Shown: positions 1 through 8,872 of the stretch, piece after piece
Numbering within the stretch: the first letter of the stretch is position 1
Layout of the letters: each line of letters starts with the position of its first letter
Assembly (NCBI GenBank): GCA_016176335.1
Contig: JACOXI010000004.1
Span: forward strand, 146,303-210,302
Source: Candidatus Daviesbacteria bacterium
GTDB taxonomy: Bacteria; Patescibacteriota; Microgenomatia; Daviesbacterales; UBA10151
Length of the DNA stretch: 64,000 nucleotides
Direction: 5' to 3'
Made by a program: the position numbers and the translations under genes
Notes under the pieces: model-generated
What the model saw: the letters and a program-made list of their open reading frames with translations, nothing else
Databases searched by the model: none
What the model was told of the DNA's origin: nothing

Positions 1-73
1 ACCCTTGGCAACAGCAGTAATTGTGGGGTACTTCTTCCTCAAATCCAAATCCGAGCTTGCCAAATTTCCGTAG
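1..73 (+). CDS. 3' end of a gene entering the window (hydrophobic C-terminus)
   Basis: Frame 2 reads PLATAVIVGYFFLKSKSELAKFP to TAG at 71-73, convergent with the next gene. Confidence 0.4.
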   Translation, partial: PLATAVIVGYFFLKSKSELAKFP

Positions 74-77
74 GCGC

Positions 78-1811
78 CTACCAAAGATAGATATTTTTAG
101 ATCGTTGTCCCAAAATAAGACTGGCAATTGGATCATCTGGAAAAAGCTGTAAAGTTTTAAGAATAAATTGCCTGCCGCTTTCTATATACTGATTATTTAG
201 AAGAAAAAGACCTAACCTTAAATATGAAACATGATTGCCAAATTGGTAGGAAGTAGGGTCTAATTTGGCAGGGTCTATTATTGGCAATTGTTTCTGATTA
301 ATCGTTTCCGTTGTGGTGAGTACTACCGCAAAATCATCAATATAGACCAATTTCCATGCTTCATCTTTGATGACCGATTGTAAAAAATTCCTGCCCCAGG
401 GAGTTTGATCTGTGTGGGAAAAAATAATTGTTTTAAAGCCATATATTTTTTCCAGTTCCTTAAAATTATTATAGTCAGATTGGCCTGGTATGTAAATTCC
501 GTTAAAAAATTGAGCAGGATAAGCCTCCGGCCTGCCGTCAACAAAAATTTGGTATTTTGGGAAGGCTCTATAAATTATGTAGCTTCCAATATCAAAATTA
601 TTAAATAAGGGTTTCGGCAAATCTTTTGAAATCATAAAATCCAAAGCCCCTTTGGTGCTTTCCGCAAATTCTAAGTTTGGCCTGACTGGTTGGTCATTAA
701 AACGGTAATAATCCCCGTTTAGATAAAAATAACTTTCAAATAACAGAAGTGCGGCAGCTACTATGGTCAGTGTTTTTGTTAACTTGTTCCAGGGAATGAC
801 ACCAAAATTTTGCATAGTGGCTGGTAGGGATAGAAAAACTAGATATGGGAAGCTCCTGACGTTTAATAAAGCCAGAACCAGACCACCAACTGGCAGCAGG
901 ATATTTTTCATTTGCCAGTTTTTTCTGAAAAAGGCGACCAGTAGTGAAAGGCCTATCAGCACTGCTGATAATTTAACAAATAAAAAGTTAGGGTCTTTGA
1001 AATTGATGCTTTCCAAAAGGAACATGGTCTGATTCTCCACAATGGTGTAACCGTAATTTTTAGTAACATTGAGGGGGTATATTAAGCCTGTCAAGCCATT
1101 AGGATTGATAAGACTTATCAGGATCGATAGCAACAATACCGTACTCAACAACCTTATCTTCCTGCTTATTGAGTGGATTAGGAAAACAGCTTGCAAGGCA
1201 AGGCCTACAAAAAAATAGATATGGGTATTAATCCAGATCAGCTGAATTATAGGTAAAAAGAAAATTAACTTTCCTGCTGTGTCATTGCGAGGATCCTGAG
1301 CGTTAGTCGAAGGAGACGAAGCAATCTGATTATTTTGTGAGATTGCCACGCTCACTGTGTTCGCTCGCAATGACGATGTGAACTTTTCCAGAATATAATA
1401 AGTTAAAGCCGTAAATAGAAAGCTAAAAATTTCCGGCCGCAGCTCTGTTCTTTCCCGCAAAACATGAAGGAATATAAATCCCACAGGCAGAAGTAATGCT
1501 GTTTTTTCTTTTGGGATAATTTTTATGATTAATAAAACAGAAGAGAGGAAAATGACAATTTTCAAAAAAAGTAAAGGCGTAAGACCAACAGTTTGATGGA
1601 AAAAGTATACTAAAACTTCAAAAAGCCAATGAGTATTTATAAAGGGGAAATCCGGATTGGTATAAGAGAAAAGATTGGTTTTGGGAACTTGATGTGTCTG
1701 AACAATAATTTCTCCCAGTTTAAGATGTCTTCCCAAATCTTGATCAAACGCGCGATCTGTCCTAAACAAAAATGAGAAAGTAAAAAAAAGCAGCAGAATT
1801 TTAATCCACAT
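78..1811 (-). CDS. Polytopic membrane protein, probable GT-C-fold glycosyltransferase-like
   Basis: 577 aa with many TM segments, an N-terminal DQDLGRHLKLGE loop and a C-terminal FVDGRPEAY motif. It contains an in-frame palindromic insertion. Confidence 0.6.
   Translation of the reverse strand: MWIKILLLFFTFSFLFRTDRAFDQDLGRHLKLGEIIVQTHQVPKTNLFSYTNPDFPFINTHWLFEVLVYFFHQTVGLTPLLFLKIVIFLSSVLLIIKIIPKEKTALLLPVGFIFLHVLRERTELRPEIFSFLFTALTYYILEKFTSSLRANTVSVAISQNNQIASSPSTNAQDPRNDTAGKLIFFLPIIQLIWINTHIYFFVGLALQAVFLIHSISRKIRLLSTVLLLSILISLINPNGLTGLIYPLNVTKNYGYTIVENQTMFLLESINFKDPNFLFVKLSAVLIGLSLLVAFFRKNWQMKNILLPVGGLVLALLNVRSFPYLVFLSLPATMQNFGVIPWNKLTKTLTIVAAALLLFESYFYLNGDYYRFNDQPVRPNLEFAESTKGALDFMISKDLPKPLFNNFDIGSYIIYRAFPKYQIFVDGRPEAYPAQFFNGIYIPGQSDYNNFKELEKIYGFKTIIFSHTDQTPWGRNFLQSVIKDEAWKLVYIDDFAVVLTTTETINQKQLPIIDPAKLDPTSYQFGNHVSYLRLGLFLLNNQYIESGRQFILKTLQLFPDDPIASLILGQRSKNIYLW
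1281..1374. repeat. Palindromic mini-element (GTCATTGCGAG...CTCGCAATGAC) inside a CDS, with a nested CTGAGCG..GTCGAAGGA element
   Basis: 11-bp terminal inverted repeats and an internal GCAATCT/AGATTGC stem. It translates as a hydrophilic insert in a membrane protein. Confidence 0.85.
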
Positions 1812-1838
1812 GCCAAAATTGTATCACGCCACCAGTTC

Positions 1839-2546
1839 TTAATACCCGGTAAAATTCTCGATGTTAATATTTTCCGGATTGACTCCGGCTTCAAGTAATG
1901 TTTTCTGGATAGCATCAACCATAGCCGGGGGACCCACTACGAAGTAAAGTGGATTTTTGAGGTTTTTTGTGTAATCTTTAATTAATTGCACATCTACTCT
2001 TCTATTCTCTCCGACCCAGGAAGTATCCTCTGTCATTGTCAGTATCAGCCTAAAATTTGGCAAGGTCCGGGCAAGCTCTTGAAGCTCTTTTACATAAGCA
2101 GCAGAGCTTTGATCGCGGTTGGAATATATTAGAGTTATCTGATATGGCAGATGTTCCTCTTTAATGTAGGAAAGCATACTGATAAAAGGAGTAATGCCAA
2201 TTCCTCCGGCAATGAAAACCAGCGGCCTGTTGTTCTCACTGGGCAAAATAAAACCCCCGGCAATTGGGCCGATTTCTACCAAGGAGTTATTCGGCAGCTC
2301 TTGTAGGGATTTTTTGAAACCAGAATCTCGGATTCTGGTGGCGATAGTGATAATGTGCTTTTGATTGGGAGAATTCACTATAGAAAAGTGCCTTTTATTA
2401 GATCTCTCATCCGGATATGGGGGGGTAACTAGTGTGATAAAGGCGTATTGTCCAGGTTTAAAAGTAAACTGTTCATCTGGAATTTCAAATGTAACTTGTA
2501 ATGTTGCCTTGGCAATCTCTTTTTTGTCTATTATTTTCCCTTGCAT
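1839..2546 (-). CDS. FAD/NAD(P)-binding ferredoxin-reductase-type oxidoreductase
   Basis: FKPGQY, RHFSI, IAGGIGITP and VVGPPAM motifs, and a C-terminal ENFTGY. Confidence 0.9.
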   Translation of the reverse strand: MQGKIIDKKEIAKATLQVTFEIPDEQFTFKPGQYAFITLVTPPYPDERSNKRHFSIVNSPNQKHIITIATRIRDSGFKKSLQELPNNSLVEIGPIAGGFILPSENNRPLVFIAGGIGITPFISMLSYIKEEHLPYQITLIYSNRDQSSAAYVKELQELARTLPNFRLILTMTEDTSWVGENRRVDVQLIKDYTKNLKNPLYFVVGPPAMVDAIQKTLLEAGVNPENINIENFTGY

Positions 2547-2591
2547 AAAATTATTATATACTATTACTGTGTAGGTGTACCCACAGAACCA

Positions 2592-2625
2592 TTGCGTGAT
2601 TATTTGCGCGATTATTGCGCGACCA
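2592..2625 (+). repeat. Triad of TTGCGCGATTA-like direct repeats upstream of the Fic gene
   Basis: ttgcgtgatta-t-ttgcgcgatta-ttgcgcgacca; a matching triad is at 3723-3756. Confidence 0.8.
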
Positions 2626-2658
2626 GCCTCGACTAGACGTCGAGTCTAGGCGGGTATA

Positions 2659-2667
2659 TGGTATAAT
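2659..2667 (+). promoter_or_regulatory. Extended -10 promoter, near-leaderless start
   Basis: TGgTATAAT 7 nt before ATG 2675. Confidence 0.6.
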
Positions 2668-2674
2668 TAAAGGT

Positions 2675-3733
2675 ATGTTTGATCCTATTTACTCAATATC
2701 ATCTAAAACAATTTCCAATATGACCGAGATTGCGGAAATCAAAGCAATCGTGGAAAGATCCAAAGTACTACCTTTAAATGAGGCACAACTTCGGAGACAG
2801 GCAATTTTGCGGATGGCCCATACTTCTACTTCTATTGAAGGTAATAAACTGGCCCAATTTGAAGTGGGTAAGCTGATAGAAGGTAAAGCAGTACGTGCTC
2901 CCCAAAAAGATATTTTGGAGGTGGAAAGTTACTATAAAGCTTTAAAGATTTTGGAGCAAATGTCCAAATCAAGACATGATATTACCTTTGAGGACATACT
3001 GAACTTGCACAAAATGGTCATCCAAGGCCAAGTGGACAAAGAAAAAGTTGGTAAGTTCAGACCATCTGATGTGTATGTATTGGGTGATCTGGGCGACGGA
3101 CGCGAAATGTTAAGGTTTAAAGCTCCCCCTGCCACAGTAGTGCCTGATTTGATTTCCGATTTATTAAGCTGGTTGAAACAATCAAAAAAACAAGGCGTGC
3201 ACCCAATTATACGGGCAGGTATATTACATCTTGAGTTTGTCTCCATCCACCCCTTTACAGATGGAAATGGTAGGGTGGCGAGACTCTTGACACAACTCCT
3301 GCTTTACAGAGATGGTTGGGATTTTAGAAAAATTCTGGTTTTGGAGGATTACTATAATCGCGACCGATTGTCTTATTACAATGCGGAGCAAGAAGTTCAA
3401 GGTAAACACTACAAAAAAGGTGTTGATTTTACCTTCTGGCTGGAATATTTTACAACGGGCTTTTTGGTGGAGGCAAGAAAAGTATTGGAGCAAATCCAAT
3501 CTATTGGTTTTGGTAAGGTCAGCAAAAAATCTGATCAGATATTTTTGGATCCGGATGAGATTCAGATCATGGATTTTTTGGCAACCACCGGCAGAATTAC
3601 CTCTGATGATGCCCGAGACATTTTAAAAGTCGCCAAAAGAACCGCTCAATTAAAGCTGAAAAATCTGTCAGATAAAAGATTACTTAGGATAAACGGTAAA
3701 GGTCCCAGTACTTACTACACTATTGCGCGATAA
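2675..3733 (+). CDS. Fic family protein with C-terminal wHTH
   Basis: Fic motif HPFTDGNGRVAR and inhibitory-type STSIEGN. Start reassigned to ATG 2675 (MFDPIYSIS). Confidence 0.92.
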   Translation: MFDPIYSISSKTISNMTEIAEIKAIVERSKVLPLNEAQLRRQAILRMAHTSTSIEGNKLAQFEVGKLIEGKAVRAPQKDILEVESYYKALKILEQMSKSRHDITFEDILNLHKMVIQGQVDKEKVGKFRPSDVYVLGDLGDGREMLRFKAPPATVVPDLISDLLSWLKQSKKQGVHPIIRAGILHLEFVSIHPFTDGNGRVARLLTQLLLYRDGWDFRKILVLEDYYNRDRLSYYNAEQEVQGKHYKKGVDFTFWLEYFTTGFLVEARKVLEQIQSIGFGKVSKKSDQIFLDPDEIQIMDFLATTGRITSDDARDILKVAKRTAQLKLKNLSDKRLLRINGKGPSTYYTIAR

Positions 3734-3756
3734 CTTGCGCGATTATTGCGCGATTG
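3723..3756 (+). repeat. Triad of TTGCGCGATTA-like direct repeats at the Fic 3' end
   Basis: ttgcgcgataa-c-ttgcgcgatta-ttgcgcgattg. Confidence 0.8.
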
Positions 3757-3872
3757 ACACCACTTGCTATTTATTCGCAATAATGAGATAATAGTTTCAG
3801 TGTGGAGAGTGTATTTAGTTTTTTACTGTAATTCACCTCGCATGAATTTACAAAAAAAGGAGGTGAATTTTT

Positions 3873-4136
3873 TTGAATAATAATAGAAGATTGTTCGTAG
3901 GCTCCTTGCCTTGGGGAGTAGATGATGCAGGACTTGCACAAATTTTTTCCCAAGCAGGAACGGTTGTCTCGGCTCAAGTTGTAAAGGACAGAGATACAGG
4001 CAGGTCAAGAGGTTTCGGATTTGTGGAAATGACAACTGATGAGGAAGCCAATAACGCTGTTGCAAATCTTAACGGAACCGATATTGAAGGCAGAAAAATT
4101 GTTGTTAATATCGCCCGTCCAAGAGAAGACCGTTAA
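3873..4136 (+). CDS. RRM-domain RNA-binding protein
   Basis: RNP2 LFVGSL and RNP1 RGFGFVEM; strong SD AGGAGGTG upstream of a TTG start. Confidence 0.95.
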   Translation: MNNNRRLFVGSLPWGVDDAGLAQIFSQAGTVVSAQVVKDRDTGRSRGFGFVEMTTDEEANNAVANLNGTDIEGRKIVVNIARPREDR

Positions 4137-4756
4137 CTCAATACTCTGTAACGTAAAAAAACTTCAGAATCCAATTTCTTAACTGAAAGTAATTTGAGGT
4201 TTTTGATTTTTTCAGGTGGAAGTAAAATACCTTCCACCAGTGTTTTGGTGGCGTTTTTGGCAGTGCCAAATATCTTTGGAGCAATGGTTATAAAAATTTC
4301 ATCCATTAGGCCCTCCTTTAAAAAGGATCCTAAAATAGTAGGGCCGCCTTCCACTAAAACATGATTAAAGCCTTTTTGAAAAAGGAGGGTTGTTAGTGAT
4401 TTGATATCATTGGATACGGTGTTTACTTTCAGAGCCTCAAACTTTCCCGCTTTTGAAGTCACAACAAAGTAGGGTAAATTCTTGTTTTTGCCTAATCTTT
4501 TTCTCAAAGCGCCAAACTCACTCCTTCCAAGACTTTCTAAAGTTCTTTCTCCAAACTCAAATGCTAAATTACTGCCATGGATTAAACAGTCTGCATATGC
4601 TCTAAGTTCAAGTAGGACCTTGTGATCTTTCAAGCTGCCGATTGGCCAATATCCATTTTTTAAAACACTGACCTTTCCATCCAGAGTTTGAACGAAATTG
4701 GTATAGAAAAAGGGGCGTTGCGAAATTTTGGGAAATTTAAGATTGGGATAGACCAT
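4133..4756 (-). CDS. RibD C-terminal / dihydrofolate-reductase-like protein
   Basis: NFVQTLDGKV, LRAYAD, VLVEGGPTI and DEIFITIAPKIFG motifs. Confidence 0.85.
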   Translation of the reverse strand: MVYPNLKFPKISQRPFFYTNFVQTLDGKVSVLKNGYWPIGSLKDHKVLLELRAYADCLIHGSNLAFEFGERTLESLGRSEFGALRKRLGKNKNLPYFVVTSKAGKFEALKVNTVSNDIKSLTTLLFQKGFNHVLVEGGPTILGSFLKEGLMDEIFITIAPKIFGTAKNATKTLVEGILLPPEKIKNLKLLSVKKLDSEVFLRYRVLS

Positions 4757-5416
4757 TTACGGGGTTGCCATGTCCAGCTTCGGCAGAATTTTTTTGGAGG
4801 CAAGATATTGTAAGATATGTTTGACCACCACGTATGATATGGCAATTCCGGTTGCAAAAAGTAATCTTTCAGAGATAACAACAGGGATCAAAGAATTCCA
4901 AACCGCAGGCGGTAAATTAAAAACCCAAATCCAGGCGGCCCCGCCTACGGAGTGGGCTGTAAAGGTGGCTCCCAAACTCTTCATCCATAAATTAGACCTG
5001 AATCTGTAAGCAATCAAAGGTATAAGCCAGAATAGAGTGTAATATGGGACATGCCTGCCATTTGGGTGAGCTATAAATGCAATGATAGCCAAAATAGGGA
5101 CTAGTAGTATCCACTTTCCCCTCCCCTTCTGAATTGTTGCAAAATAATAGACAGCAAAAAGAGTCGGGAATAATCTAATGATGGCACCTTGTGTCCAGGG
5201 CACTTCCTTTATTAGATTATTGGTAACCAAAACAGTAAAAACTGAAGCTATCCCAAAAATAGGTCCTAAGAAAACTCCGGCAATTGGGGCAAAAAAATCA
5301 AATAAAGTAAAAGAAACATTTGATCCGGCCAGCTTATTAAAAGGAACCTGCAAAGAGGCAAAACCTAAAATGGAGAATAAAACAAAAAAGACCAACGCTT
5401 TGTTGAATCTTGCCAT
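4757..5416 (-). CDS. Membrane protein, probable ECF transporter S-component
   Basis: About 6 TM segments, an APIAGVFLGP segment, and coupling to the RibD-like gene. Confidence 0.55.
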   Translation of the reverse strand: MARFNKALVFFVLFSILGFASLQVPFNKLAGSNVSFTLFDFFAPIAGVFLGPIFGIASVFTVLVTNNLIKEVPWTQGAIIRLFPTLFAVYYFATIQKGRGKWILLVPILAIIAFIAHPNGRHVPYYTLFWLIPLIAYRFRSNLWMKSLGATFTAHSVGGAAWIWVFNLPPAVWNSLIPVVISERLLFATGIAISYVVVKHILQYLASKKILPKLDMATP

Positions 5417-5495
5417 AACATGTGTAAGCCTAATTCAACTTATTTAAATTGTCAATACTTCAATTTCCCCATTATTCTGGTAAAATACTAAACGG

Positions 5496-5577
5496 GCTGA
5501 TGTGGTGGAATGGTATACACGTTCGCCTTAAGAGCGAATGGGCTAAGCCCGTGTGGGTTCGACTCCCACCATCAGCA
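5496..5577 (+). tRNA. tRNA-Leu(TAA)
   Basis: Acceptor GCTGATG/CATCAGC, anticodon arm TTCGC-CTTAAGA-GCGAA, long variable arm, GGTTCGACTCC. Confidence 0.95.
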
Positions 5578-5634
5578 CTGGACTGAAAAATAAGCTTGAA
5601 CCTAATTTTTTAGGTTACTTCACGAGTTATGGAG

Positions 5635-5988
5635 CTAGGGATTAAGGGGAGCGCGGTTAAGCTCTGGATCTCTATAGAATAGACCTTCCCCAACTGTAGA
5701 AAAGGGATCTTGCGTACCAGCAGGGACGAAAAATACGACTCCTCTTTCGGCAAAAGAACTTAGCGGTGGTCCTTCCACAACAAGAATTTCTTCTCTTCTT
5801 AGACTACGTTTAGCTCCCACACCTGGCCTTTCTAATTCCACGGGTTCTTCAAATAACGAAGCTATGAAACCAATCACTCTTCCTACTCGACTTCCTGGTA
5901 TAGTCCTTATAGAAATCTCTTCTGACTTGTCTGCGAAATCCAGCTCAGCTATACCGAGAGCGCGTAGTCCAAACCATTTTTCTCCCAT
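5635..5988 (-). CDS. Hypothetical protein
   Basis: 117 aa ATG ORF with TGATATAAT just upstream on the minus strand. Confidence 0.55.
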   Translation of the reverse strand: MGEKWFGLRALGIAELDFADKSEEISIRTIPGSRVGRVIGFIASLFEEPVELERPGVGAKRSLRREEILVVEGPPLSSFAERGVVFFVPAGTQDPFSTVGEGLFYRDPELNRAPLNP

Positions 5989-6065
5989 AATGCCGTGATT
6001 ATATCACAAATCCTGAAATGGCAACAACACCTCTTTATCGCTATATAGCGTGATATAATGATTTT

Positions 6066-6470
6066 GTGGATATATTTGAGGCTATTTGTTTAACTTTATG
6101 GTGGACAGAAGGCACTAAAGCAAGAAAAGGTAGGTGGAAATCCCTAATTTACTCTGTTGAAATCACAAATACTGATTCTATTATCATATCTACATTTTTG
6201 AAATATCTAAGAGGACGTATGGGTGTACAAAATGAGCGAATTAAAGTACAATTGCAGATACACCAAGGGGATAATCAGGAAGAATTGGAGAGTTTTTGGG
6301 AACAAGTCACTAATGTTCCTAGAAATCAGTTTAACAAGACCATAATAAGACCAGTAGGGCAAAAGGTTGGAAAATCAAAAGGAACTTGTAAAATCAGGGT
6401 ACATGATAAGGCGTTATATTTGGAATTGGCTAGCAGATTGGATAAATTACGGGGTGTAGGTCATCGGTAG
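6066..6470 (+). CDS. LAGLIDADG-like endonuclease-fold protein overlapping tRNA-Pro
   Basis: The pattern LWWTEGTK...EITNTD...FLKYL...QLQIH...FWEQV...GTCKIRV resembles CPR tRNA-adjacent LAGLIDADG-like proteins; TGATATAAT upstream. Confidence 0.65.
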   Translation: MDIFEAICLTLWWTEGTKARKGRWKSLIYSVEITNTDSIIISTFLKYLRGRMGVQNERIKVQLQIHQGDNQEELESFWEQVTNVPRNQFNKTIIRPVGQKVGKSKGTCKIRVHDKALYLELASRLDKLRGVGHR

Positions 6471-6521
6471 ACCGCCGCGTTTGGGACGCGGATGTAGTGA
6501 GTTCAATTCTCGCCACCCCGA
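6450..6521 (+). tRNA. tRNA-Pro(TGG)
   Basis: Acceptor CGGGGTG/CACCCCG, anticodon arm CCGCG-TTTGGGA-CGCGG, T-loop TTCAATT. Confidence 0.93.
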
Positions 6522-6650
6522 CAGCTCCGATTTTAGCCTCAATCTGGGGGGTTGACGTATCCCTTTGATGGTGAAACAATTAACTTGAAATCTCTAAAAC
6601 CAAACAGACGGTAACAAGGGATTTTTTTGTTGGAACAAAGGAGATCTATC

Positions 6651-7106
6651 ATGCTTAAAACAGTTCATGTTAATGGATATAACAATGGAAACGGGATCAT
6701 TAAGAGTAACGGCATTGTTAATGGAAATGGACAGAAGAAACCAACCCTTCTAGAAAAGATCTCGTTCAAATTTATCGAATGGGTGGGTACCCCCTACTCT
6801 TTAATAGTACATTCATTTTTTTTCATCGGAGTCTTTGCTTTAAAATATGTGGGCTTTTCTGTTGATCAAATCCTTTTGATATTAACAACGGTTGTTTCTT
6901 TGGAGGCTATCTACCTGGCAGTATTTATTCAAATGTCGGTGAACAGAAACACCCAAAGTCTGGAAGAAGTGGAAGAAGATATTGAAGATATTCAGGAGGA
7001 CGTGACAGAGGAAGAAGAGGCCCACAAAGTCCTGCTTAATATCTCAAATGAGCTCAAAAATATCCAGCAGGATTTAAATACCCTCAAGAAAAAAGGCATA
7101 CTGTAG
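6651..7106 (+). CDS. DUF1003-like membrane protein
   Basis: WVGTP...LTTVVSLEAIYLAVFIQMSVNR followed by an acidic coiled coil; SD AAGGAG before ATG 6651. Confidence 0.75.
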   Translation: MLKTVHVNGYNNGNGIIKSNGIVNGNGQKKPTLLEKISFKFIEWVGTPYSLIVHSFFFIGVFALKYVGFSVDQILLILTTVVSLEAIYLAVFIQMSVNRNTQSLEEVEEDIEDIQEDVTEEEEAHKVLLNISNELKNIQQDLNTLKKKGIL

Positions 7107-7108
7107 AA

Positions 7109-8236
7109 ATGGGTAAAATCTGGCCTTCGCTGACTATCTTAATCATGGTGGCGGCGATTTTAATCGTCTACTTGTTTGGACCCAAACAGGATACATTTAA
7201 GGCTTATGATGCAGATGGGGAAAAATATGCCTGGGATATTGCAGTAATAGCCTCCGGTTTGGAAGTTCCTTGGGATTTAGCTCCAACTGATGAGGGTGAG
7301 ATATTTATTACCGAAAGAGCTGGTAAGGTCAAGCTATTGAAAAAAGACGGCTCCATACAAACAATTACCAATTTTCCTCAGGTGGCCTCGGTTGGCGAAA
7401 GCGGCATGACAGGGTTAGCTTTGCATCCTGACTTTACCAACAACGGCTACATTTTTATCTATTATACCTATCGAAGTGGTGGGGAGACTTTAAACAGAGT
7501 CTCGAGGTTTACCTACAATAATAATAGATTGGCAGATGAACTGGTCATTTTGGATCAACTGCCAGGTGGTGTGATTCACAACGGGGGTAGAATGAGGTTT
7601 GGACCGGATCAAAAGCTGTGGATCCTCATAGGAGATGCATCCAGACCCCCATCTGCTCAAGATATTAAATCCTTATCAGGTAAGGTTTTAAGGATCAATG
7701 ATGACGGATCTTATCCGAGCGACAATCCTTTCAAAAACTCACCGGTTTTTTCCTTTGGTCACAGAAACCCGCAAGGATTGGATTTTCATCCTCTGACAGA
7801 ACAGCCAATAGCCACGGAACACGGAGAAACAGCTTATGATGAGATTAATCTGATTGAGGCCGGCAAAAACTACGGCTGGCCGGAGAATAAAAAGTGCTTT
7901 TCCGATAATCCCAGTTTTGAAAACCCCATCTTGTGCAGCGATGAATTTACCTGGGCTCCTTCAGGTGCGGCCTTTTTAGGCGCCGAGATTTGGAGGTTGA
8001 GAAATTCTTACTTTTTTGCAGGGCTTAGGGGTCAAATCCTAGAAAGAATAGACATAGTTGATGGTAAAGTAAAAGATAGGGAAACCATTATTAATAATGC
8101 TTACGGCAGACTGCGAGCCGTTGTCTCGGATAAAAAAGGCCACCTGTATGTTTCTACCTCCAATTTGGATGGCAGAGGAAATCCAAAACAGGGAGATGAC
8201 AAAATTTTAAAGCTTACTCCAAAAAAGATAGAGTAA
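7109..8236 (+). CDS. PQQ-dependent soluble sugar dehydrogenase (YliI/GSDH family)
   Basis: GLEVPW, LALHPDF, HNGGRMRFGPD, GHRNPQG and NYGWP motifs; N-terminal anchor. Confidence 0.9.
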   Translation: MGKIWPSLTILIMVAAILIVYLFGPKQDTFKAYDADGEKYAWDIAVIASGLEVPWDLAPTDEGEIFITERAGKVKLLKKDGSIQTITNFPQVASVGESGMTGLALHPDFTNNGYIFIYYTYRSGGETLNRVSRFTYNNNRLADELVILDQLPGGVIHNGGRMRFGPDQKLWILIGDASRPPSAQDIKSLSGKVLRINDDGSYPSDNPFKNSPVFSFGHRNPQGLDFHPLTEQPIATEHGETAYDEINLIEAGKNYGWPENKKCFSDNPSFENPILCSDEFTWAPSGAAFLGAEIWRLRNSYFFAGLRGQILERIDIVDGKVKDRETIINNAYGRLRAVVSDKKGHLYVSTSNLDGRGNPKQGDDKILKLTPKKIE

Positions 8237-8283
8237 TTTTTTCTCTTTGCATCTTAGGTTCAGTTTTTGTAAAATCTGTTTAG

Positions 8284-8358
8284 GCGGGTGTAATTCAGCG
8301 GTAGAATGTCACTTTTCCAAAGTGAACGTCAGGGGTTCAACTCCCCTCACCCGCTCCA
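8284..8358 (+). tRNA. tRNA-Gly(TCC)
   Basis: Acceptor GCGGGTG/CACCCGC, anticodon arm TCACT-TTTCCAA-AGTGA, encoded CCA. Confidence 0.95.
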
Positions 8359-8435
8359 TACGGATTTTATCGAACTGGCAACTTTTAGCTTCAAAAAGTT
8401 GCTGAAATTTGTCAAAATATAATCCTATAACCTTA

Positions 8436-8455
8436 TACCCTAAGGGGAATCGAAC
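8436..8455 (-). other. Orphan tRNA 3'-end fragment (possible att scar)
   Basis: The minus strand reads GTTCGATTCCCCTTAGGGTA, i.e. a T-loop plus acceptor 3' strand with no 5' half. Confidence 0.45.
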
Positions 8456-8469
8456 TAGCCTTAGAGCTA

Positions 8470-8667
8470 TTATTTTTCCTCTTGTTCAGATTCTTCAAAA
8501 CTTCCCATCCACTTTGACCCGCCAGAATGGCGAGGCTCGCCTAAAGGCGGCCCATAAAATTCCTGCATAATTGTACAGCTTAATAGATAAACAACTTCTT
8601 GTATATCTTTTAGTTCTTCCTCAGATGCGTTAGGATAATATTTTTTGATTATTTCCAGCGGTAACAC
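8470..8667 (-). CDS. Small hypothetical protein with an in-frame palindromic insert
   Basis: GTG start after a perfect SD GGAGGTG; the GC-rich insert encodes PPLGEPRHSGG. Confidence 0.65.
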   Translation of the reverse strand: MLPLEIIKKYYPNASEEELKDIQEVVYLLSCTIMQEFYGPPLGEPRHSGGSKWMGSFEESEQEEK

Positions 8668-8872
8668 TATAAATCACCTCCTAACTTACTCAGGAAGCAT
8701 ATTTTATCTGACCAAGGAGTGCGATCGGTTCTGGAACTTGTATCTGCTACACTTCATTTATGACTTAAAATTTTTATGATAAATTTGCTCAAAAAGTCAA
8801 AGCATAGGAGAAAACCCCACCCTTCCAAATAACTATTGCAACTTACCAACCTTTTTGAAACAATGAAAGTAT

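Noticed and set aside
2592-3756. Possible CRISPR array from the TTGCGCGATTA repeats
   Set aside because: The units are 11 bp and adjacent, with no spacers. No CRISPR array or cas gene is seen anywhere in the window.
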